Assembly: GCA_050014355.1 (NCBI GenBank)
Contig: JBEKDL010000006.1
Location: 1,543-65,542, forward strand
Reading direction: 5' to 3'
Source: Dehalococcoidales bacterium
Lineage (GTDB): Bacteria; Chloroflexota; Dehalococcoidia; Dehalococcoidales; RBG-16-60-22
Length of the DNA: 64,000 bases
Positions 1 to 7,063 of the stretch are shown here, piece by piece. The notes under the pieces were generated by a model that had not been told where the DNA came from, ran no database searches, and worked only from the letters and a program-made list of their open reading frames with translations. Each line of letters begins with the position of its first letter. The first letter of the stretch is position 1. The position numbers and the translations under genes are program-made.

Positions 1-258
1 GCGATGAGGGGTGATAAATTCCTCAATCTGGCAAACGTGAAACTGAAATCATTCAGGGGGCCAAAGGCCGGAGCTGATGCTTACTTCACTTACCAGCTTT
101 AGTGCGACTCCCGGACCGGTAAAGGTCGGCATTTTGCATATTCTAGACTGCAAAGAAAGGAGCGTTCCATCTTTGAGCCTTGCGACGGTGTCATCGAAGA
201 ATGATTGGTCAGAAATGGACGTCTCAGGAGTCTTAAGCTCGAAATGTGAGGTAAGCCG

Positions 259-1386
259 GTGAACATCCTGCGTATACTGACACTTAACAAGCACGGCGAT
301 TTCGAAGAGGTACTATTCTCGTCACTACTAAGCTACCTCCTTAGCCCTCGTAATGACCACGGGCTGGGGGACATATTCTTGGAGAAAGTAACCAAAGAGG
401 TATTTCCCCTAGACAAGTCCTTGTTGGATAGTGCTGAGGTTACGCCAGAGCGACCGCTCGGCAACACTGGTAAGGTAGATATCCTCATCACCATGGGCGA
501 CAAAGTGCTGGCCATTGAGGTGAAGATCTGGGACCGATCGGCCAAGAACGTCTCCGTGAATGATGAGCCCCAGTTGGACAGGTATTGCCGGCACCTAGAT
601 ACAGAATTCGCGGGCAAGGACTGGAAGTTTATATTCCTGATACCAACCATGGCGTCAAGAACTTGCCTGGAGGAGTTCCTCAGGATATGCCAGGGCCAGT
701 TCAAGGATAAAGTTAAGCTCATGACCTGGAACCCCGGCGAACCAGTACCGGACGGTTTCCCAACAAATTGCATGATCCAGAATTCTGTGCTCGAACTTAT
801 AGGTGAGGTCATGGCCGATGTGAAGAGGGTCGACCTGCCACTGAATACGCAGTGGCTACTGGACTCCCTAGAAGACATCATACCTGACCTGGTGGAGGAC
901 ATACCCGAACGGGGCAGGTTCCCAAATAGGGATTGTTTGAAAAACCTTCGTACCTGGCCTATTTTCGAGGCATTCTTTGACGTTAACAAGCGCTGGCCCA
1001 TCTCGCTGCATACCGTTGTGGGTATACCTTACGGGTGGGGTGACCAGAGGTCGGTGATCCATGGCAATAGCCTCTATCGCATAAGGACCGTGACGGACTA
1101 CTACAAGGACGCAGCCGACCAGGAGAACTATCTTCCGACAGATAGAGTTGAGATCGAGCTCTGGCCAGACGTCTACGAGGCGAGTAGAGATAAGGTGCAT
1201 GAATGGGTGGTTAGTTTGGGTCTGGAAGAGAGCGCCCTGAGTGATGGCCGACATCTTGACGCCAATAAGAACGAGGTGGTGAAGCTAGTCAGCATCAAGG
1301 CTGGCACTGAGGTCACGACAGAAAACGTTGAAAGGTTCAACCTGATCCTGAAAGATGGCTTCCGGCGGCTGATGCGCAAAGAGTAG
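259..1386 (+). CDS. PD-(D/E)XK nuclease-fold protein
   Basis: 375-aa ORF with GTG start. GKVDILI(x11)LAIEVKIW gives a D...ExK core followed by QLDRY, a pattern typical of PD-(D/E)XK family proteins. Confidence 0.6.
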   Translation: MNILRILTLNKHGDFEEVLFSSLLSYLLSPRNDHGLGDIFLEKVTKEVFPLDKSLLDSAEVTPERPLGNTGKVDILITMGDKVLAIEVKIWDRSAKNVSVNDEPQLDRYCRHLDTEFAGKDWKFIFLIPTMASRTCLEEFLRICQGQFKDKVKLMTWNPGEPVPDGFPTNCMIQNSVLELIGEVMADVKRVDLPLNTQWLLDSLEDIIPDLVEDIPERGRFPNRDCLKNLRTWPIFEAFFDVNKRWPISLHTVVGIPYGWGDQRSVIHGNSLYRIRTVTDYYKDAADQENYLPTDRVEIELWPDVYEASRDKVHEWVVSLGLEESALSDGRHLDANKNEVVKLVSIKAGTEVTTENVERFNLILKDGFRRLMRKE

Positions 1387-1439
1387 GAATATAATAAAGA
1401 AGATTTAATGAATCTCAAAGTGCTGAGGGAGAGGCTGCT

Positions 1440-2339
1440 ATGAGTATTTGTGACGGTATTAAAAAAATACCACTCCCTCGTTATCTTAAAGAGTACAGCG
1501 AGGAAATATTGCACATAAAATTCGATAAAGATGACTCACTTGGACAGGATTACAATCCAAAAAAATGGCAACGTGAGTTTACAGGCGATCCTTCTGTTAC
1601 CGATGACCTAAAGCGCATAAGACAAAAATGTCCTGTTAAAATAAGCCGTAGTGACGTTGCCCATTTTGCCCAAGAGACACAATCTGGAGGTTATCCCGAG
1701 CTTAAAAGGCTATTTCTAGCCTGTATGATATGGGGATATGGCCAGCATGACACTGGACTAACGAACACTAGCAAAACTCTGTCTGACCCTAGACTCAGAG
1801 CAGTTCTGGAGAAATCACTGGAAAGAATTAAAAAAACGCAAATTAGGGAGGCTTACCAAGCTTTCAACCTGAAGGGGTGCGGACCTGCTTTTTTCACCAA
1901 GTTCTTCTACTTTGTCGGGAAGGAGTATAACGTAAAACCGTTGCCTCTAATTCTCGATAGTCATGTAGCGAACTTCTTAGAGTTCCTGAGTAAACAAACG
2001 ACGTGGGAACTATCGCTTTTTGCTAAACGGAGTCAAAAAGGATTCGTAAAACGCCATACCGAGGGGTATATTCAGTACATATGTTCAATGGATAACTGGT
2101 CCATGAAACTGGGGTGTGCTGCGGATACGATAGAATACTTTATGTATAAGAGAGACCAAGCCCTTGTACAGGAGGAGAAAGAGGAGGGTATTCCTGAGGA
2201 TAGTATTTTATGGTGTCACGATGGGTTACGCTGCTCTTATTGCGAAGAACTTCTGTCCTCACCACCCTTTGATAAAAAAAATATTAAGGCCCTGATTACG
2301 GCACATGTGTGTAAAATAAATAATAGACAAATCGATTGA
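1440..2339 (+). CDS. hypothetical protein, possibly OGG-fold/HhH glycosylase-like with C-terminal Cys/His cluster
   Basis: 299-aa ORF. MIWGYG...LKGCGPAFFTKFFYF...PLILDSHV resembles OGG-fold proteins; this is a weak assignment from memory. C-terminal CHDGLRCSYC...HVC. Its stop overlaps the next ORF. Confidence 0.45.
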   Translation: MSICDGIKKIPLPRYLKEYSEEILHIKFDKDDSLGQDYNPKKWQREFTGDPSVTDDLKRIRQKCPVKISRSDVAHFAQETQSGGYPELKRLFLACMIWGYGQHDTGLTNTSKTLSDPRLRAVLEKSLERIKKTQIREAYQAFNLKGCGPAFFTKFFYFVGKEYNVKPLPLILDSHVANFLEFLSKQTTWELSLFAKRSQKGFVKRHTEGYIQYICSMDNWSMKLGCAADTIEYFMYKRDQALVQEEKEEGIPEDSILWCHDGLRCSYCEELLSSPPFDKKNIKALITAHVCKINNRQID

Positions 2340-2347
2340 GGGGAACA

Positions 2348-3814
2348 ATGTCATCAATAATGCTGTCCAAATCTCGCTACCTTAACGGGCTACAGTGCCC
2401 TAAACTATTGTGGATTGCCACTAACGAACCGGAAAGGATACCCGAGGCGGATGCCGCCACGCAACACATCTTTGATCAGGGACACTTGGTGGGTGAGCTG
2501 GCCAAGAAGCTGTTCCTCGGAGGAATAGATGTACCCAGTGGAGATTTCATGGGTAATATCGCACTGACCAAACAATTACTACAAAAGCGAAAACCACTCT
2601 TCGAAGCTGGTATATTGTCCGGCAAAATCTATTCCAGGGTAGATATCCTGAACCCGGTGAATGAAGATGAATGGGATATCATCGAGGTAAAAAGCTCCAC
2701 TTCGGTGAAAGAGGTCAACCTCCATGATGTCTCCTTCCAGCAACTCTGCTTGGAAAATAGCGGGTTGAAGATAAGGAAGTGCTTCCTCGCCTACATCAAC
2801 AATCAGTACGTCAGGAACGAGGACATTAATCCCAATGAGCTTTTTACCCTTCAGGACATTTCCGACGAGGTCGACGCTGCCGGCGAAGATATACGGGACA
2901 GGATCGCTCAAATGCTTGCGGTTATCGGTGCGCCGGCTTGCCCGGAAATGTCCATCGGCCCTCACTGCAGCGACCCCTATGACTGCGCTTTGACTGAGTG
3001 CTGGGACGGTCTGCCGGAACACAATATCTTCACACTGTATTATGGCGGGAAGAAGTGCCACGAGCTGTACAGTAGTGGAGTGCTCGATATCGCTGGCATC
3101 CCAGCCGGCTACAAACTTAACGATAAACAACGCATCCAGCACGACTGTGTTGTGAGCGGCACACCCTACATTGACAAAGAAGGCGTAAGGGAGTTCCTCT
3201 CCGGCCTTGAATACCCGCTCTATTATCTCGATTTCGAGACCTTCGGCACCGCTATACCGTTGTTCGACGACATCAGGCCCTATCAGAATGTTCCCTTCCA
3301 ATTTTCGCTGCACGTTCAGGAATCTCCGAGCGGCGACGTGAAACATTTCTCGTTTCTTGCGGAAGGGAAACAAGACCCGCGCCCCGAGCTTCTGAAATCA
3401 CTGAGCAGGGTAATCGGTGATAGTGGCAGTATTGTCGCCTACAACAAGTCCTTCGAGGAGAGGGTACTGCTCGATTCAGGGAAAGCTTTTCCCGAGTACG
3501 CCGGTTGGACGGAGAAGGTTGTTTCCAAGCTCGTCGACCTCATCGTACCTTTCCGCAGCTTCTATTATTACCATCCGTCGCAGAAGGGCAGCGCTTCTTT
3601 GAAGAACGTGCTCCCCGCGATAACAGGAAAGGGCTACGAGGAAATGCCGATATCCAAGGGAGACGATGCCAGCCTGGCTTTTTTGAGTATCACCTTTGAG
3701 GACATGGCAGCCGAAGAGGTGGCAAGAATAAGGGAGGAATTGCTTGCTTACTGTGCCCTGGATACCGAGGGTATGGTCAGGATTATTAAACGCCTAGAGG
3801 AATTAGCCAGGTAG
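2348..3814 (+). CDS. DUF2779-type dual nuclease (Cas4/RecB-like PD-(D/E)XK with 4-Cys cluster plus RNase H-like exonuclease domain)
   Basis: N-terminus SKSRYLNGLQCPKLLW, RVDIL...WDIIEVKSS and CSDPYDCALTEC (1+3 Cys). C-terminal half YYLDFETF...VPFQFSLHV...YCALDTEGM. The ATG at 2348 follows GAGGGG; the track start at 2336 is TTG. Confidence 0.7.
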   Translation: MSSIMLSKSRYLNGLQCPKLLWIATNEPERIPEADAATQHIFDQGHLVGELAKKLFLGGIDVPSGDFMGNIALTKQLLQKRKPLFEAGILSGKIYSRVDILNPVNEDEWDIIEVKSSTSVKEVNLHDVSFQQLCLENSGLKIRKCFLAYINNQYVRNEDINPNELFTLQDISDEVDAAGEDIRDRIAQMLAVIGAPACPEMSIGPHCSDPYDCALTECWDGLPEHNIFTLYYGGKKCHELYSSGVLDIAGIPAGYKLNDKQRIQHDCVVSGTPYIDKEGVREFLSGLEYPLYYLDFETFGTAIPLFDDIRPYQNVPFQFSLHVQESPSGDVKHFSFLAEGKQDPRPELLKSLSRVIGDSGSIVAYNKSFEERVLLDSGKAFPEYAGWTEKVVSKLVDLIVPFRSFYYYHPSQKGSASLKNVLPAITGKGYEEMPISKGDDASLAFLSITFEDMAAEEVARIREELLAYCALDTEGMVRIIKRLEELAR

Positions 3815-3962
3815 TCTCAATTATAAACGTGCTGAACATCTTAGTAATATACAAATAAATTGTGACTGTCACTATAAGTTCCCTTGTGTCAGGTAAACAG
3901 TAAACAGATATACGCAGACTTCGGTGTCCTCTTTACTGAACGGGACAAAACCTAGTTCAGTT

Positions 3963-4400
3963 TCACTTTACTTTGCGCAATATCCGTCTAAACAGATCGA
4001 CAGCCTTGGAACGATCGCCTTGTTCCATCCCATGCTGCACAAGTGCTATTAGAGCTCGCCGGACCAAATTCAGGTCATTGTATTTCAATAGCGGACGGAC
4101 TGCGGCATCGTTAGGTACCTGCTGGAAATCATCTTCTGGGTTTCTATTCAAAAAGAGGTCGATAATGTCGCCGCGTTTTTCAACCGGAAACGACTCAATG
4201 AACCTTATACGCTCATAAGGGATGAATCGACTAATCGGCGGCTTTTCCGGTTCGGTTTGAACTCTAACTACTATGACATCACGAAGTGGCATTAATTCCT
4301 GAGCATTGAAAGACGAACCGTCATCCAAAGTGAACTTAAGCAAGGAGTTCCCTTTTACATGCTCGCGCAAACCACTATCAAAAAACTCTTTGGTGAACAA
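3963..4400 (-). CDS. hypothetical protein
   Basis: 145-aa ORF with TTG start preceded by GGGAG. No recognisable motifs. Confidence 0.4.
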   Translation of the reverse strand: MFTKEFFDSGLREHVKGNSLLKFTLDDGSSFNAQELMPLRDVIVVRVQTEPEKPPISRFIPYERIRFIESFPVEKRGDIIDLFLNRNPEDDFQQVPNDAAVRPLLKYNDLNLVRRALIALVQHGMEQGDRSKAVDLFRRILRKVK

Positions 4401-4717
4401 TCTCCGCTCCCTTAATATTGTACCGATGCCTATAAATCCAGCTTCTCTGTTTCTTTTTCGCGCATCACTCTTGTGGTAGAAATATATGCTTGCAAATCGA
4501 TGACGTGATAAAACAAGGTCCTTTTGATTAGGCCTATTCTACACCCTGTCAACGGTCTATGACTAGGCCCCGGTCGTGCTCTTGGCGACAGCGGCACGTT
4601 AGGTCAGCGGGCAACAGACCAGGGAAAATGTCAGTATATGAAAGGCCTGCTTAACCCTCCCGTCCGGGAGTCTTTTTGTTTTACTCATTTCCTCTGTCCG
4701 CCCCCCCTACCGACATA

Positions 4718-4792
4718 AAAATCAAGCATGATTTTATATGGCGTTTAATGTAAATTAAACGCTTGACAGTCAACGAAATAATGTGTTATTGT
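4718..4792 (+). promoter_or_regulatory. sigma70-like promoter with two upstream palindromes
   Basis: TTGACA at 4763-4768, an 18-nt spacer, then TGtTATTGT (extended -10) at 4784-4792. IR AAAATCA-n4-TGATTTT at 4718-4735. IR GCGTTTAAT-gtaa-ATTAAACGC at 4741-4762 abuts the -35. Confidence 0.45.
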
Positions 4793-4850
4793 AATACTAG
4801 AAAAGCAAATATTACAGCTTTTCAAATTTACTCAAAAGGGGGATGGACAA

Positions 4851-5348
4851 ATGGCAGAACAAACAAGACTTGCGTCATTGCTGGAGAAGCAACAGAAGCT
4901 GGAGGCCGACATCGAGTCGGAGAAGGCCAAAGTAGAGGCGGCTAAAGTCCTGAATAAAATCGGGGCGGATGTAGCAACCGTTGTCCAGCAAGCGGCAGTC
5001 AAGGCCAAAGTGGATGTGAAAGTCCTTCACGGAAAGTTCTTTGCCCTGACTGTGGATGATGGCGGGAAGCTATCCGTCGAGGTAGTTACCAAAGCCAACG
5101 GGAAGTCCAACGGCAACGGCAAGGCCAACGGCGGGACAACCACCAACGGCGGGGAGTTTGAATACTTCCTGAAAGATGGACGGGGGCCGTTTGAGACTAT
5201 CCAGAAGGCTATGGAGGCTCTCGCAGTCCCGGAAGCAAACCGTCCGAAGCACAACCGCTATGACAGGCTATCGAAGGACTGGAAGGCCAAAATCGAGCAG
5301 AAGGCCAAAGCCACCGAACCGAAGGCCACCGAACCAGCCAAGAGCTAG
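4851..5348 (+). CDS. hypothetical coiled-coil protein (possible nucleoid-associated, H-NS/Lsr2-like architecture)
   Basis: 165-aa ORF with RBS AAAGGGGGA. N-terminal heptad-like K/E/A-rich helix, Asn/Gly linker KANGKSNGNGKANGG, and a C-terminal DGRGPFETIQKAMEAL segment. Confidence 0.6.
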   Translation: MAEQTRLASLLEKQQKLEADIESEKAKVEAAKVLNKIGADVATVVQQAAVKAKVDVKVLHGKFFALTVDDGGKLSVEVVTKANGKSNGNGKANGGTTTNGGEFEYFLKDGRGPFETIQKAMEALAVPEANRPKHNRYDRLSKDWKAKIEQKAKATEPKATEPAKS

Positions 5349-5378
5349 GCACACGGACAATTGAATATAGCAGGGTTT

Positions 5379-5419
5379 GGGGGACAGGGCGTTATGCCCT
5401 GTCCCCCATTTGCGTTTTC
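5379..5419 (+). terminator. rho-independent terminator
   Basis: GGGGGACAGGGC-gttat-GCCCTGTCCCCC perfect 12-bp stem followed by ATTTGCGTTTT. Confidence 0.6.
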
Positions 5420-5531
5420 AGACCCCTGTCCGGGGGAGGTAGCCCACGTTACCGCCCTGGGACGGAGGCCTGAGAACCTCCGAGGATAGAGGTCGAATAT
5501 CCAACAGCACTACGAAAAAGGGGGATAATCA

Positions 5532-6620
5532 ATGCCCAAGACTAAGGTGGACAAGATACCTTGCCCACATTGTCCCTACGAAGCGTGGTCTAAGGAAGAC
5601 CTGGACGGCCATCTCAAATTCTCCCACGGGGAGAAGCAGCACCACAAGGTAGCCCAGGAAGTGGCCGAGGCGGTCTCCGAGAAGCAAGAGGAAGTCCCGG
5701 CACCGGAACCCGTCCAGCTGGCGAAGCCCGAAGAGGAGTTAAACCTCCCTCCGGGCATTTTTGTGCCTAAACCCCTTCCCGACTTCTGGGTGTCCGAGAG
5801 GGTTGTCCGGGAGCTCTTTATCATCGCCAAGCTGTCCAAAAAAGGCGAGGCGGTGAACATTAAAGTCCTCGGACCCGCCGGAGTGGGAAAGACCTCCCTG
5901 GGGTGGGAGTTCGCCGCCGCCAACAAGAGGCCATGCTTCGAGGTACATTGGGGAATGTATCAGGAGCCGGGAGAAGTTTGGGGTAAGGACAGACTCTCGA
6001 TGGAGAAGGGGACGTACTACGAGCAGGCTCGCTACGTGGACGCCCTGGAAACCCCGAACTGCGTTGTCATTCTGGACGAGCCAAACCGATGCCACCCCGA
6101 AGTCCTCAATACCAATTTTGCCCTGTGGGACTGGAGGCGGGCGGCGTGGGTTCCCGACCTCCGGCGGATGGTCAGGGTAGCGCCGGGAGTCGTTTTCTTC
6201 GCCTGTATGAACGAAGGAAGCGAGTATATCGGGACTAACCCGATGGACAGAGCCATTCGGGAGAGGTTCGGGCGTACCCTGCGACTGACATGGCCTCCCA
6301 TGAAGGTCGAGTCCAAAATCCTGCGCAACAGAACGGGCGTGGACAAGGACACCGCCGACAAGCTGGCGAAGTTCGCCCGGGACGTCAGGCGCAACCCGAA
6401 GGTGGGATGCACTCCCTCCACAAGGCAACTTCTGGTGGCAGCCCAGGACGTCAAGGAGGGGCTGCCCATTCAGGAAGCGGTACTTTACTCCATCATCAAC
6501 GACCTGGATGAGGGTGCCGACCGGACGGCTCTTCTCCAACACCTGCAAGTAATCGGTACGGTGGACGAAGCTTTCGTCAACGGTACACAGGAGGAAGACG
6601 ACGATGACGACAATAAATAA
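5532..6620 (+). CDS. MoxR/CobS-like AAA+ ATPase with N-terminal C2H2 zinc finger
   Basis: CPHCPYEAWSKEDLDGHLKFSH (C-x2-C-x12-H-x4-H). Walker A GPAGVGKTS, Walker B VVILDEPNR. Acidic tail EEDDDDDNK. Confidence 0.8.
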   Translation: MPKTKVDKIPCPHCPYEAWSKEDLDGHLKFSHGEKQHHKVAQEVAEAVSEKQEEVPAPEPVQLAKPEEELNLPPGIFVPKPLPDFWVSERVVRELFIIAKLSKKGEAVNIKVLGPAGVGKTSLGWEFAAANKRPCFEVHWGMYQEPGEVWGKDRLSMEKGTYYEQARYVDALETPNCVVILDEPNRCHPEVLNTNFALWDWRRAAWVPDLRRMVRVAPGVVFFACMNEGSEYIGTNPMDRAIRERFGRTLRLTWPPMKVESKILRNRTGVDKDTADKLAKFARDVRRNPKVGCTPSTRQLLVAAQDVKEGLPIQEAVLYSIINDLDEGADRTALLQHLQVIGTVDEAFVNGTQEEDDDDDNK

Positions 6621-6975
6621 AGCGGCGGTGGAGGCGGTACTCAGGGGCGGGGCAAAGACAGACAGGCCCGCCCGGATAGCCGAGCTGGAGAAGCAACTGG
6701 AGAAGGTCCGCAAGGATATCGCCGAACAGGAGAAGGTGGAGAACTACTGGCGGACGTTCAACGGGGCTTTCGCCAAGCTGAAGGCGAAATTATTCAAGAC
6801 CCTGACCCCGGAGGAGAGAGCCTGCATGGACGGTGCGTATCTTTTCCTGCACGCTGGCTGTGTGGACTTGGTTCGCAGTCTGCCATCGGCCACCGACAAG
6901 GGAGAGGGTAACCAGTTCCTGGACAAGGTGGAGATGGGCGAGGCGCTGGCAGAACTCGGGAATTTAATCAAATAG
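6604..6975 (+). CDS. hypothetical protein
   Basis: 123-aa ORF overlapping the upstream stop by 17 nt. Coiled-coil-like N-terminus. No recognised motifs. Confidence 0.45.
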   Translation: MTTINKAAVEAVLRGGAKTDRPARIAELEKQLEKVRKDIAEQEKVENYWRTFNGAFAKLKAKLFKTLTPEERACMDGAYLFLHAGCVDLVRSLPSATDKGEGNQFLDKVEMGEALAELGNLIK

Positions 6976-7063
6976 TCGAAACGGCGGGAGGCCCGGCTCC
7001 CTCCGCCGTGGGGATATGGCCTACCCCACCTGATGATGACAGGCCAGAAAGGAGGGATAAAAG

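Noticed and set aside
49-294. 81-aa minus-strand ORF at the window start, overlapping the 5' end of the PD-(D/E)XK gene.
   Set aside because: It has no motif and no RBS, and its 5' end overlaps the divergent gene by 36 nt. I cannot distinguish it from chance. Positions 1-258 may belong to something extending beyond the window.
5739-6713. 324-aa minus-strand ORF antisense to the AAA+ ATPase. Similar long antisense ORFs occur at 7217-7792, 7927-8427, 8153-8944, 44887-45540, 59393-60046 and 62690-63442.
   Set aside because: These are shadow ORFs inside well-supported genes with clear motifs on the other strand. Their compositions are biased (R/P/G/S-rich) and they lack RBSs.
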